64,000 nucleotides of DNA from the human T2T-CHM13v2.0 reference genome, Homo sapiens (GCF_009914755.1 NC_060939.1); one strand, 5' to 3'; numbered from the stretch's first letter, positions 1 through 14,773 are shown. Numbers and translations are program-made. The notes: generated by a model not told the origin, from the sequence alone.

Positions 1-149
<149 letters not shown>

Positions 150-238
150 TCAATCTGCACTCGTAGCACTGCTGATTAAATGCTGTTTTTGCATCTGGGG
201 AATTTTGCTTGTTAAAACAGATGGAATAGCATGAAGAA

Positions 239-273
239 TGTGTGTGTGTGTGTGTGTGCGTGTGTGTGTGTGT
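239..273. repeat. (TG)n microsatellite
   Basis: Interrupted TG run seen directly. Confidence 0.95.
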
Positions 274-663
274 TATGGCTGTTGGTTTTAAACCAGGAAA
301 CTCTTCATCACTGGCATTAACATTCCTAGTTTGGCCATTCGTGTAGGGGAAACCAGCTTCTCTCTCCAGTGTGGTCCTGAATTGTTCCATTATTTCCAAG
401 GACAATGGGCCGGATGTTCTGGAATGAAGGAAAAAGACCATGAGCTCCCCCAGGAAACCCCATTCCTGTCCCTTCCTTGGAGTAGGGGCGGGAGGACAAG
501 GACAGTGAGGGTGTGCAGCCTTCCAGCAACACTCAGTCATCTTCATTACAGGACATTATTGTAATGGTCCATTTTTAACATCAAATTTGGAAACAGTCTC
601 AAAGGCACCACTGCATTTAAAGAGCTAACTAATATACATTTTTTTTTCTCGTCAATCTCTTAG

Positions 664-801
664 AAATGTTGTAAAGCTTCCAGAAATGCCCTGGAATGTC
701 TGCCAGACAAAATGGCTGTCTTTTGGAAAAATCACCTGAAGGATGTGGATTTCTCAGAAAACGCACTCAAAGAAGTTCCCCTGGGACTTTTCCAGCTTGA
801 T
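664..801 (+). CDS. LRRK1: LRRK1 exon (LRR; [14 protein letters not shown]...PLGLFQLD)
   Basis: tag| acceptor after a pyrimidine tract, |gtaagc donor, 138 nt, phase 0-0, LRR pattern. Confidence 0.93.
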
Positions 802-2088
802 GTAAGCCTAATAGCCCTTTCTTTCTCATTTTCGGCTTTTGAGAGAAAATTGCTCCGTGTTGCAGTGAAATGTATGTGCTTTTCCTGAGCTTCTGAGATA
901 AATATAAGGGGAAAAGATGAAGAAAAAGTTCAGCTATCAAAAATATGCATGGCCACGAACAGCGATGAGGGTGGCACGTGGACAGCAGAAGCAGCTGTGT
1001 CAGGTGGTGGTGGGGTTATGGTTCGTATCCCTCGGGACTTTCTTTAAGTCCACGGCCTGCCCATATATGAGGCTGAGTGGACACTGAGAGCTCCAGGAAG
1101 GGCCTTTCCACGGAACCCTGTGTGCCTACCCCAGAATACGGGTACCTTCTCGCTTTAGGTTGTTTTAGGTGGTTGGCGGGTCCTTAGGCAGACAGGCCGT
1201 GGATCACACTCATTGCTTGGAGCTCAGGGCCAACCCCAGAAGGGGCCCCATCAGGGCAGCCTCACCAGGGGCCCTGTAGTGGACCCCCAGGCAGAGTGCC
1301 CAGGCTTCAGCCCCCGGTCCTGCCAGGCCACTGCCAGGACCCCCACGGGCACTCCTCCAAGGCCTGGTGCAGCCTCTTGTGTGCGGCGACCCCCACAAGG
1401 CAGCGAAGGCCCCTTCAGCATGTGTATCCTCAGAGAGGATGGGCTATCATGTCCTAGGCTCCTGACAAGCACAGGGCAAAGCCAGGGACCCAGGGACAGG
1501 ACTCACGCTTCTCAGAAGAAAGGAGCCACGCGGGGTGCCCCCGGGGGGGGGGTGGTCCCACATCATACTCCTCGCAGGGTACTCCTGGCCTTCAGGCCTT
1601 GTCCACAGCCCCTGGGCCCCTGTTCTGAGTCTGTCTTCTCGTATTTCACACCAACAACTAGCAGGCTTGGATTTTTGGCTTCCCCCAAAGCCCAGAAGCA
1701 GCAAATCAGGAGAGGCAGAGCCTTGTCCAGAGCTTCACTGTGGGCCTGCAGGGAATGTGTCTGCTCGAGGTCTCCTTCTCCACACTGGGAAGGGGTGGGT
1801 GGGTATGTGGGGGCTTGGGGGACCCTGAGGTCTGGCACATGGCAGGGTCTCCATAGAATTTCAGCAGGAGGGGGCTGGCTGCAGCGGTTCTGATGGTGGG
1901 CGGTGGCGTGAGCCCCTTCAACAAGGAAGGAGACAGAAGCACCAGGAGGAGAGAATTTAATGTGGGGCAGCAAACAGCCTGTGGCCCTCCTGAGGCCGCC
2001 CTGGTTGTGGGCGGGATAGTTGGTGGCTGTGGTGATGTCCTCAAGCAGGGAGATAGCATGTCTAAGGTACTCCTGCAAAGTAAAACGT

Positions 2089-2300
2089 GGGCCAGGCATG
2101 ATGGCTCAGACCTGGGCACGGCGACTCAGAACCGTACTCCCAGCACTTTGCGAGGCCAAAATGGGGGGACTGCTTGAGGCCAGGAGTTTGAGGCTGTAGC
2201 AAGCTATGATCACACCGCTGCACTCCAGCCTAAGAAACAGAGCGAGACCCTATCTCTAAAAAAGTAAATAAATAAAAAGAATAACAAAAAAAGAATAAAA
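2089..2300 (+). mobile_element. Old Alu monomer (FRAM/FAM-like)
   Basis: ggccaggcatgatggctca...tgcttgaggccaggagtttgaggctg...cactccagcc plus A-rich tail. Confidence 0.75.
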
Positions 2301-2958
2301 CGTGTTACAGGTGCAAGGTAGCCCCTCATCCCCCTTGGTGACTGGGTTCCCTGCAGGGTCTGTTTGCAGTAGGGCTGAGGGAGGGCTACCCACGAGGGGC
2401 ACCCCAGACATGCTGATAATCCTGAGGGGCCCAGCTTGGGACTGTGTCGGCTAGCAGAGGGCATGCGGCTAGGACAGTTACCCTTGGTGGCACTGCCACC
2501 CCGTCCCCAGACCTGGGCTGGCCCAGGAGGCCACCCACCAGGAGGTGGCAGACACCAGCACTGTACTGCATGCCCCATGCCACCCCCACCAGCCGTGAGC
2601 CGTTGTCCTCCAAACCATCAGAGTCTGGCACTTTCCCCAGAGAGACACACCGGTAATCAGTACTCTTAAGAATCCTTAATGCTGACAGCTGCTTGGGCTC
2701 CTTTCACTCTAGAATAATTGCCTCTCACTGCCTTTGAGGGAGGAGCTCCTGTAGATAGATGGCCCCGTCGCACTGTTTGATATCATTTCGTGAGTTTGAA
2801 GAGGCTGCTGGGCCCCACACAGCTGGGATCTGCGTGAAGGAAAATTGGTTGGAATCGTTTGACTGCGCGTGGTTGGGAACTGACTGGCTCTTCAGTCTCC
2901 CCTCCCTTCTTGTATCTGATGCTATCTTAGCTTCTCTCTCCCTCCCTCTCTCTCTCAG

Positions 2959-3071
2959 GCCCTCATGTTCTTGAGGTTACAGGGGAACCAGCTGGCGGCA
3001 CTTCCACCTCAAGAGAAGTGGACCTGCAGGCAGCTCAAAACCCTGGATCTCTCCAGAAACCAACTTGGCAA
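2959..3071 (+). CDS. LRRK1: LRRK1 exon (LRR; [12 protein letters not shown]...[10 protein letters not shown])
   Basis: ctctcag| acceptor, |gtaagc donor, 113 nt, LxxLxLxxN motifs. Confidence 0.95.
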
Positions 3072-3184
3072 GTAAGCAGGGGCCTCTCCTCCCTGGCCAG
3101 TTCCAAAGCGTGTGTGGGGCCACGGTCGAGCAGGTCCTCTGAATGGTGGCATGTGAGTCTGCGAGGGCTGCTGAGCCGCCAGCT

Positions 3185-3515
3185 GGGGGCTTAACAACAG
3201 AAATCACTGCCTCACAGCCCTGGGGGCTGAAGTCCGAGGTGAGGGTGTGGGCAGGCCTGGTTGGTTTCTCCTGAGGCCCCTCTCCTTAGCTTGCAGATGC
3301 CGTCTTCTCCCTGTGTCCTGGTGCGGTCAGGCCTCTGTTCATGTCTGTGACCTAATCTCCTCTTCTTATAAGGACACCAGTCGGATTGGATTAGAGTCCA
3401 TCCTAATGACCTCATTTTAACTTAGTTACCTCCTTAACAGCCCTGTTTCCAAATACAGTCACATTCTGAGGAATTGGAGGTTAGGGCTTCGACACAGGAA
3501 TGTGGGGGGAAACAG
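3185..3515 (-). mobile_element. MLT1-type MaLR LTR
   Basis: ggcttaacaacagaaat...cttataaggacaccagtc...gacctcattttaacttagttacc...gtcacattctgagg hallmarks. Confidence 0.75.
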
Positions 3516-3968
3516 CCCCTAATGGTGTCCTCTCATTTTTAATTTTTAGTCTGCTGGAGAATCTTGTCTCTCACTTCAGCCCAATCTGTAATTCTGTTCA
3601 AAAGTCTCTGCTGATCACTAACTGAAATGGACGTGGAATTGAATAAAAGCACCCAGCCCCAAAGCCTTCCAATAGGTGGAAAGCCGGGATGAGCCCAGCC
3701 AGCCTCTGGAGACCAGCCGCCCCCGTTATCTGCAGAAGGCCACTTCTGCAGTATCACGGTGGAACTTGCACCCCAAGGAGGACCTCTGCGGGGAGGGGTG
3801 GGGGCAGTGAAAAAGGCAGCCGCCACTGCAGCGTGCACCCCTGCCAGGCCCTGAAGAGTTGCACATGAATTGCTCCCTATCTCCGTGGCTTGGCATTATA
3901 ACATCACAGCCAAAAGTAATGCTTTTGTCGTGCTGTCCTCAAATTTTGTCTCTTTTTCCTCCCCCCAG

Positions 3969-4045
3969 AAATGAAGATGGACTGAAAACGAAGCGTATTG
4001 CCTTTTTCACCACCAGAGGTCGCCAGCGCTCCGGGACTGAGGCAG
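3969..4045 (+). CDS. LRRK1: LRRK1 exon ([25 protein letters not shown])
   Basis: ccccag| acceptor, |gtgtgt donor, 77 nt, phase 2-1 fits neighbours. Confidence 0.9.
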
Positions 4046-4282
4046 GTGTGTGTGGGTTGGGAGACGGTGTTCCCAGATGAGACAGCCGGGGTAGCCTGGT
4101 TCCTGCTCCACCAAAGTGGGGATCGCCCTTATCTTGGGCCTTCCCCTTCAATGCCCTGTTGCAATGCCACAGATGTCCAAGTTCAAATGAAAACCCTGCA
4201 TATGAGCTGCGCCCATTCTTTCTGTCCCACGTGTGACACGCAAGTATCCTCAAGCCCCACTCTCCTGCGTGGAGGCCAGTGA

Positions 4283-5297
<1,015 letters not shown>

Positions 5298-6077
5298 AGG
5301 GACTGACTGATTTGTCCCAGGTTGTGTGGCTGCTTCTCAGTAGCAGAGCCAGGTTTCATCCCAGGACTGTGGGACTTCAGCCCTGTACCAGCAGCTACGT
5401 GCTGTTAAGTCTCTACTGCCACACGATGGTATCTTGCAAAGCCCACATGGATCACGGCCGCCTTTGGACCCACAGGCTGAGGTGAGGCCAAGGTTGCACA
5501 GGGGCTCGTGGTCTTCCCCAAAACTCAACAGAGACAGAACTTTCCTAGTTTTTGTGCTGGTCACACAACAAGGCCAGTTCAGCAGAGAGTACATCTAGGT
5601 AAACAAGCTCTTTTTGTTCCATTATCTTCTGTGAGACACAGGGGAAGGTATGGAGCTGTCCCTTTCATTAAACAACCAGCTCTGCTTCTTAACCTCAAAG
5701 CTACAACTTCCAAAGCCAGCTCTGCTCACAGAAATATCCCTCAGGATGCTGGCCCAGAAAACCAGAACCCACATCCAGGTTGTTTTAAACATAATACAAC
5801 TTTCTTCTTCGGTTTGATAGATGGTTGTTGGCAAGTACAGATAGTATGAGGTAGGGATGAGTGACGCCACAGAGGCCAGGACACATTTGCAGGAGGTGAA
5901 CTAGGGAGTTTGCCGCTGCTACGCTCTTGGATGAACTGGTGTGCTTGTGTGTTGAGTATGATACACATAGAGATCTGTCCCATAAGAGCGTGTGTATTTA
6001 TATGTGACTGAAAAAGGAATATCAGTGGACCAGATAAAAGAGTCCAAAAATAGACCTCAGTAAACATAGAAATACAT

Positions 6078-6414
6078 CAGGAGTCCCCAGCGCCCCCCAG
6101 GAAGCGAACCGGTATTGGTCCCTGGCCTGCTAGGAACCAGGCCACACAGGAGGAGGTGAGCGGTGGGCCAGTGAGCATCAGCGCCACCTCCTGTCAGATC
6201 AGCGGCAGCATTGGATTCTCATAGGAGCGCGAACCCTATTGTGAACCGCGTCTGTGAGGGCTCTAGGTTGTGCCCTCCTTATGAGAATCTAACGCCTGAT
6301 GATCTGAGGTGGAACAGTTTCATCCCTAAACTGTCCCCCTCACCAATGCTGCAGTCCATGGAAAAATTGTCTTCCACAAAACCGGTCCGTGGTGCCAAAA
6401 AGGTTGGGGACTGT
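6078..6414 (+). mobile_element. MER1B (hAT-Charlie) DNA transposon remnant inside an old L1M fragment (~6000-6980)
   Basis: caggagtcccca...cctcctgtcagatcagcggcagcattggattctcataggagcgcgaaccc...gtgccaaaaaggttggggactg matches the MER1B consensus as I recall it. Confidence 0.85.
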
Positions 6415-8996
6415 TATTATGTAATATATGACAAAGGCAGAACTTCAACTTAGTGTAAAAGGATGCTTGCGTGCGTTAATAAACGGTGTTGATATTCCTG
6501 CCTGGAAGGGGGACAAAACACGATACTAGATTACAACAATCAGGTTTAAGTATAAAAAAAGAAAACAATAACATTTAAGGAATATAGGTATAACTTTGCT
6601 ATGAGGGAGATCTTTAAAATCTAGTTGGAAAATCCAGGAATAATTTTTTAAAAAGACTGAAATCGTTGGCTTCATAAACATTCAAAAATTGTGTTCAGTG
6701 GGAAGCATCATAAACCAAGTCATAATGCAAACAGACTAAGAAGAAATATTTGCAACACAAATTGTTGCAACACAAATTGGCTTAAGTCCCTGATATACAA
6801 AGAATGCTTACAAATTGATTTAAAAAAAAAAAAAAAAAAGACAACACAATAGGCAAAAAAAATGGGCAAGGGATATAAACAATTTTCAGAAAAGGAAGTC
6901 CAGAGGGCCAGGAAACAAATGAAAAGGTCCTTAACCACACGAATAGGGAAATGCAATTATGAATTTCATAACTGATCCTTTTATAAATGAAGAGCCTTAG
7001 GACTGTAGAAATTGAGTCCAGACATAGGGATTTCACTTAGAAGGAAGGGGAAACAAACACCATCTTCTCCTTCATGCCAGGCGGGATGATGGGTATGAGA
7101 ACAGGAGCTAGTGTAGACCTCGGTCACGCAAGCCACTTGCTGTGTGGATTAGAAACGTGTCTCCAGTTTAGAAATGCCGAATCCTTCCTGGGACCACGGA
7201 GGAGTGTGCAAGGAAGTGGGCTCAGCACTCAATGAGACGCCAGTGGGGAAAATCACAGGCATGCATGGAAAAGCACCATAGGACTACGCGCGGTACCAAT
7301 GCTCTAGAAAGTGACAGCTGGCAGCCCGCAGAAGTACATCTGGGGAGCCATGTGAGGGGGCCGCGCCCCTGGGAGGTTCTCTGGCAGAGGTGAATCTTGG
7401 CCTTGGCAGATGACAAAGGCCTCTTGATTCTTTAAACTTCATCTAGAAAGTTGAGGCCCACACCTGAGTGAAAAGAAGGCGGCTCTTTGCAAACCCTTTT
7501 CCTCAGTAGGGTTATTCTCCCAGGGCCATGGACCCTTGGGTAAGGAATTATCTACAAAAGACAGCTTGTTTGCGGTAGGATAGTAAAATTCCAAGTAGAT
7601 TTATGTACATCCAAATAGTCATATTTGTGCAGTGGCCTCATCCAAAAATAATTTGGATGGCCGTTTTTACGGTAAAAATCAGACCAGCAGAGTCATAAAT
7701 AACTTATGAATAAATAATTACAGTTCTTAAATACCTTGAACTGTGTTCTCCCCAGCTCAGTGCCCATCGTTTTCAACACTGGGCCAGGAGGTCTGTTACA
7801 GGTGTTGCCTCTGTTTGCAATCATAGCTCATTATTCCAGCCATCTCTTACTTAAAGAGGCTTCATAAACACCGTAGCGAAACTTTAAAAGTTTGGAAAGC
7901 ACAGAGGCCAGGTGTTTAGAATGTGTTCTCTGGGGAGAAAGTAAGCCTTTCTCATTATGACGTTCTTTCATGAAAATGTGAATTAGGGCAGGCTAATATT
8001 GATCATCTTTTTTCATTGAAGGAAAAAAAAGGAAGCTTTTTGAACATTTCCTTACCTAGCAAGGACTCATACAAAGCCATCTTTAGAAGGCCGGTGCACC
8101 TTTATTTCCGCAGGAGCCCCTGCAGTGAGTCCCATTCACAGTACAGCTAGCTGGGCAGATTTTCCAGGCATTGGTTTTGGTATTCCATTATCGGCTCTCC
8201 CTGAATGTTCTCAGAGGCCAGGTTACCCATTACCATTGTTATTGCAGCTACATGTGTGGAGGAAAGCCAGAGCCGAGGCGGGGTAGCTATGATCAAGGGC
8301 AACCGAGCCTGGTTTCAGCCCAACAAAAGAACTCCGGCTTCTCTATTTTCCATGTCTGGCAGGGAACCCTATGAGAGGGCTTTGAGGCAGTTGTTTAATC
8401 TTGAATTCTCCGAGCTCCCAGGCATGCTGTCCTGCCCCCTCTCCAGGCCTTAGTAGGGAGGATAAAGGCACTTCAGAGATTCTGCTGAAATCCAAACCTC
8501 TGATTCCCATCAGTGTGCGTTTCCAAGCTCTTTCTCAACTCAAATGCTCTGGTGCCCGTGGAAACAGCAAATTTGACATGATTTTCATGGTAATCTCATA
8601 GTGAGCCTAATTAATAAAGTCACTTAAATACTAAACAGTTGGCTGGCTTTTCAAAGAATGGCATTGTAAGAAGCATAAAAACAGCCAACTGTGGTATATT
8701 TTCATTAACTAGCTTTTTTTCATGGAAAAAGCAACGCATGTATATTTTAAAACACCGTTTTTGAACAGTAGCAAAGGGCATGGGATAAATATTCAGTCCT
8801 CTAGTAATTCCTTTCCCCAGAGACAACTATGGAGTTCAGTGCATCTCTGGTAACCATTGTGTTCCTGTCTAACAACTGTAACCTCTGTGCATACACATGT
8901 GCAGGTGTGGTGTGTGTGCATATAACATATACATGGTATGCGTGTGTGTGCATGCATGTGTGCACACATTTTCTGCTACACTAATAAGCCTTCTAG

Positions 8997-9313
<317 letters not shown>

Positions 9314-9694
9314 GCACCTTGCCTTTTCAATTGATGGGTAGCTCTTGAGTATTACTTCATACCCCCATATATGTAGACCTGCCCCATACTTTGTAATAGC
9401 TGCAATTATTCTATTACTCATTGAACCAACCCCCTGTGGCTGGACACATAGGTTGTTGTAGATTGTCCTCTATCTCTGCCACTGAGTGTCCTCATTCTCA
9501 CATCTTTGCCACACATGCATGCAAAGCTATCTGTAGAATGAGAATTGCTAGGTCGATGAGGTGAGCATTTTGTTCTGATAGGCTTGCCAAAATGCCCTCT
9601 GGAGGTTGCATCAGTTTATACGCCCACCTGGTCACCACGCTGTGACGGTCCAGAATTATTTTTAAATGCAGTCTGCTTTGCCATGTCTTTGCAG

Positions 9695-9824
9695 CAAGTG
9701 TGCTGGAATTTCCGGCCTTCCTAAGTGAGTCTTTGGAAGTCCTTTGCCTGAACGACAACCACCTCGACACAGTCCCTCCCTCGGTTTGCCTACTGAAGAG
9801 CTTATCAGAGCTCTACTTGGGAAA
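9695..9824 (+). CDS. LRRK1: LRRK1 exon (LRR; [23 protein letters not shown]...LYLGN)
   Basis: ttgcag| acceptor, |gtaagt donor, 130 nt. Confidence 0.95.
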
Positions 9825-10409
9825 GTAAGTACACATCTGGAGGGGCCGTGCTGGCTCTGCTGGCCCAGAGAGGCAGAACGCCCATCCCTAAACCAACTGG
9901 GACACAGAAAGCCAGGCAGAAAGAAGCCATCTACTTTCCAAGAAGCAGTAGTGAGATTTTCGGAACAGGGCTTGATCAAGGAGGTGGGGAGAGAGGAAGA
10001 CGGAGTAGCGATGCAATGATACACACTTTCACTACATCACTTGGGCTGTGATGAGGAGAACCACTCAATCATTCATCCTTTCATTACTGAGCTCCCATTG
10101 CATGCCAGCTACTGCCAGGGGTTCTAGGCAGTGTGCAAAGCTTGATGAGAGTGTAAAATGTTATATTAATATTAAAGGGACATCGCCTTCTCGGGAAGAG
10201 GTAGTGATCATCTTTATGGGGATGTACTTAGTAGCAGAGACAGGAAAGTTGGGGGAGGGGACTCAATTCTAAGCCGTGGGGATTTGCAGAAGACAGAGCT
10301 GCCGTTTCTATCACTGATCCTCCAGGAGAAAGGCTTTGGAATTAGTGTTGAAATCAGGGCTCAAAGTGTGGGGTCTGGGGTACAGGCTGCAGAGGCTGAC
10401 AGGAGCCAC

Positions 10410-10410
10410 G

Positions 10411-10449
<39 letters not shown>
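10410..10449. repeat. (TG)n microsatellite 31 nt upstream of an exon acceptor
   Basis: Seen directly. Confidence 0.95.
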
Positions 10450-10451
<2 letters not shown>

Positions 10452-10480
10452 TCTCTCGTGGTGGACACATCTGTCTTCAG

Positions 10481-10593
10481 CAACCCTGGCCTCCGGGAGC
10501 TCCCTCCTGAGCTGGGGCAGCTGGGCAACCTCTGGCAGCTGGACACTGAAGACCTGACCATCAGCAATGTGCCTGCAGAAATCCAAAAAGAAG
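10481..10593 (+). CDS. LRRK1: LRRK1 exon (LRR end; [20 protein letters not shown]...IQKE)
   Basis: cttcag| acceptor, |gtaggg donor, 113 nt. Confidence 0.95.
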
Positions 10594-11018
10594 GTAGGGC
10601 TTCCGCAGCCCTGTCCCCTGCCATCACCTCTTGGAAAGACAACTCCAGTCCACTTGTTAAGTTCTGGGGGTGGAGACAGTTGGTGACCCATGGAGCCCAG
10701 CTCCAGGTTCCAGATTTGACAAGATGCTATAAAATTGTCCCTAAAGCAATCGTTACTGAGGGTCACTATACTGAGAAGGACCAGGTGATACAACTGTGAC
10801 CTCCTGGGCAGCAAGGATTTTGTCCATAGGTTCTTGCCTCTTAGAGTTCGCTTTTAGGGTGGTTAGTGTCATGCCTTCCCTCCCCCTGATCCAGTAGTCT
10901 TCCTTAACTGTCCCCACTAAAACACAAAGAAGGAGTTCCTTCACAACAGGATTTTGTGTCCTAAGAGATGTGAGCATGTGCCCACGCAGCTACCCTTCCC
11001 CTTAATGATTTTGCACAG

Positions 11019-11233
11019 GCCCCAAAGCAATGCTGTCTTACCTGCGTGCTCAGCTGCGGAAAGCGGAAAAGTGCAAGCTGATGAAGATGATCATCGTGGG
11101 TCCCCCGCGCCAGGGCAAGTCCACCCTCCTGGAGATCTTACAGACGGGGAGGGCCCCCCAGGTGGTGCATGGAGAGGCCACCATCAGGACCACCAAGTGG
11201 GAGCTCCAGAGGCCGGCTGGCTCGAGAGCCAAG
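11019..11233 (+). CDS. LRRK1: LRRK1 exon (ROC GTPase start, P-loop GPPRQGKST)
   Basis: gcacag| acceptor, |gtcaag donor, 215 nt, GxxxxGKS/T motif. Confidence 0.96.
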
Positions 11234-11853
11234 GTCAAGGATGGTCTGCGTGCAGAGTCCCTGTGGGTGGGAGGAACATCCCTTGGACTCCTTCTCCCTT
11301 CTCCCCAGAGAGCCCAGGATTTTCTCAGCCTGGTGTCCAAAGCTCAGGCCCTTTGCAGGAGCCACTGTGTACCGTTCCATACCAGCTTCTGCCAAGAGCA
11401 GCGAATCATTTCTTAATGTGACTTTGTGATGTTTTCTTTTTCTTTACTTTTCTTTTTTTTTTTTCTTGAGACAGGGTTTCACTGTGTCTCTCAGGCTGGA
11501 TGCATCCTCAACCTCCCCAGCTTAAATGATCCACCTGCCCTGTATGTTTCTGTTATAGTTACTTGAGGCTCTGGGACAGTGGTTCTTAACCCCGGCTGTC
11601 TGTTAGATTCCCTTGAGGGGCTTTTAAAGATAGCAATTCCCAGGCCTCACCTCACTGCTCTCTGACCCCAAGGATTCAAGTTCAAGTGGTCTGGGATAAG
11701 GCACCCCCAGGGCTGAGAGCTAACCACTGTTGCAGGCAGTGAAACACACCAGCATCTGCCCCCTGATGAGGAGGCTAAAAGCACTCTGGGACTTAACACC
11801 CTGCCGTCCCTGACACCTGCTTTCACCCCAGGTTCTGAAAAGTCCTGTTTCTA

Positions 11854-11972
<119 letters not shown>

Positions 11973-13438
11973 TTTTTGAGTCCATCCATAAACTTCTTAA
12001 TCATCTTGCTTTCCATTCAGTGCCAGGCAAATGGAAATGAACATTTTCCTGTTCATGTAACAGAGAAAAGAGCCATGGACTGTTGGTGGGAACTCCATCC
12101 CTGGAATAGAGCAGGGGCAGTTAGCCCTTTCTCTGAGCTCGGGGAACGAACACACATAGATAAGGCCATCCTCATCAACTGTATTTGGATTTCTGCCACC
12201 CTGTGATTCCTCGGGATCCAAGGGGCAAGAGGCTGCTTCACTGTGGAAAACTGAGGAGGCTTGAGATCCAGATGGTCCATGATTTTCCCCCAAAGCTCCC
12301 ACGCACAGTGCCAACCAAACACTGCAGCTTCTTCCACACACAACCACTTTCCAAACCTGCTTTGAAAAAGTAGGCATTGAAGCTGTGCATCTGTTCTAAC
12401 ACGAACTTGGAAGCTGGTCCTCCAAGGGGTGAAGCGCTGCCTGTTGGGGCCAGAACAATCAAACACGACAATCAACGCTAGGCCAATCCTAGAACATTCC
12501 AGGAGCAAATCTAGCTGACTCGAGTCTGAAGGTTCTCTCCAGGAACCAGAATCCTCTGCATTCTCTCCAGCTTTGCCTTTTTCTTAACAGTTATGCAATC
12601 TCATTTCTTCTCTTAGCTTCCTCTAGCTGAGGCCTGAGGGGTGAATTCGTGCTTCTATTTTTCCTGACCTTCACCCCCACTTCCTTTCTGCGATGATTAA
12701 AACCCCCTACCCTTTAGTGGAAGGACAATCCTGTGAAGGCTGAGCCCGCCGCTCTCTCTGTGGCCGGCCTCAGCCAGTTGAGAACAGCTGTTTTCATCTT
12801 TATACAAAACCAGGTCAGCACACTGTGTCTTGGAGGCTGATGCTGCCTCACAGAGATGACTCCTTTCTGTAGAAAACTGCAGCCTTAGCATCCAGGGCCA
12901 GACTCTTACCTCATGCAATGATAGAGAAACCACCGTTTACACAGCCGTTCCCGGCAGCCCAACAGCTCATCTTTTGTTTGATTCCCACAGGGTGGGAGGG
13001 AGTTTCCCAGCATCCTTGGTGGGCGCCACCCTCTGAGCCCCACAAGTTCAGAGGCCCATCTCCTCCTCTTGCCCTGGCACACAGGGAGGCTGAACCCCAG
13101 TGCAAGCCGTGACATCAGAGCACAGCTTCCTCCCACAGGGCATCCCCTACCCATCTGCAGCCCAGACAGAGCCAGGCCCTCTGAAGTCTGTCCAGGGCCT
13201 GGTCTCTGCTCTGCTAGGAGTAGACAGAAGTCCCAGAAGCCCACCCCCATGCCACCGGGCCCCTGTCCCTCGCCCAGATAACTGTTTCCTAAGAAACAAT
13301 AGAGTGTCCAGAACTTTTCCACGGTTGTTTTTTCAGACCCCCGAGTCCAGCCTCCAGAGTTATCCGTTGTCTCCGTTTGATTGACTGAAGCCTTTGTCTC
13401 TAAAATGCCTCCCTGTCGCTGCCTTGTTGCTCAAGTAG

Positions 13439-13603
13439 GTTGAGTCCGTGGAGTTCAACGTCTGGGACATCGGGGGACCGGCCAGCATGGCCACTGTCAA
13501 CCAGTGCTTCTTCACGGACAAGGCCCTGTACGTGGTGGTCTGGAACCTGGCGCTGGGGGAGGAGGCCGTGGCCAACCTCCAGTTCTGGCTGCTCAACATC
13601 GAG
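13439..13603 (+). CDS. LRRK1: LRRK1 exon (ROC switch II, VWDIGG)
   Basis: aagtag| acceptor, |gtgagg donor, 165 nt, WDxxG motif. Confidence 0.96.
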
Positions 13604-14058
13604 GTGAGGACACCAGACGCCAGCCCTGCCATTTCAGTGCCCAGAGCTTTGCAGGTCCCACCGCTTCCCTCAAGCATCCCCTGTACTGAGAAAAAAAGGG
13701 GGTTATGTTGCCACAGAGGGCCCCAGAACCGTGGTCCTGCTTGCTTTTCACAGTGAGGCACTTGAAACCTTCCTCTGCTGAGGGCTGGTGATGTAATTTC
13801 CCCGCTTCCCTTAAATTTAGGAACCCCCACCCTTGGATCCAAAAGCAGAGCAGGGTTCCCTTCCTGTTATAAAGATGTCCTTGTCTCCCTGCCTCTGATG
13901 GCTGCTGTCATGTCTGAAGGGTCAGAAATCCCTCCCCACAAGTCCAACTCAGCACCCTCCGTGGAGGAGGTCACAGAACACCATAGACACCCCTCAATGC
14001 AACAGTCCCTCAGGTTCACGGAGAATGAGGAGCACAGGTGCTGCCTGGGCTGACATCC

Positions 14059-14470
14059 TGTAGCGCAGTCTGTTTTGCATTACTAGAAAGGAATGAGACT
14101 GGGTAATTTATGAAGAAAAGAGGTTCATTTGGCTCACAATTCCGCAGACTATACAAGCATGGCTTCAGCATCTGTTGGCTTTTGGTTAGGCCTCAGGAAG
14201 CTTTTAGTCATGGCAGAAGGGAAGGGGAGCCAGCATGTCACATAGTGAGAGAGGGAGCAGGAGAGACAGGAAGAGGAGCCAGCCTCCTTTCCACAATCAG
14301 CTCCTCTGTGAACTGACATAGGGTGAACGCACCCATTACTGCAGGAAGGTGCCAAGCCATTCATGAGGGATCTGGCCCCATGACCCAACCTCCCGTCAGG
14401 CCTCACCTCCAACACTGGGGATCACATTTCAACATAAGATTTGGAGGAGGCAAACATCCAAACCGTCTCA
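14059..14470 (-). mobile_element. MSTA/MSTB-type MaLR solo LTR
   Basis: gagactgggtaatttatgaagaaaagaggtt...ggctcaca...cattcatgagggatc...cctccaacactggggatcacatttcaacat. Confidence 0.85.
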
Positions 14471-14600
14471 AGGCTGCAGATTGGTGGCTGAGCAAGGGCC
14501 GTGGCATCCAGGGTCAGCGCACCTGCACAGCTGGGAGCTCTGTCCTGTCCCTTGTTCCATGAACAGAGACAGTACTCAGCCGTGGGGTTCTCTGTTGCAG

Positions 14601-14773
14601 GCCAAGGCCCCAAACGCCGTGGTGCTGGTGGTCGGGACGCACCTGGATTTAATTGAAGCCAAGTTCCGTGTGGAAAGGATTGCAACGCTGCGTGCCTATG
14701 TGCTGGCACTCTGCCGCTCCCCCTCCGGCTCCAGGGCCACAGGCTTCCCAGACATCACCTTCAAACACTTACA
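14601..14773 (+). CDS. LRRK1: LRRK1 exon (ROC G4, VVGTHLD)
   Basis: ttgcag| acceptor, |gtgagt donor, 173 nt. Confidence 0.96.

Noticed and set aside
1213-2119. Long overlapping ORFs (226, 178, 137 aa) in the first intron
   Set aside because: GC-rich intronic sequence with no recognisable domain or splice support; chance ORFs.
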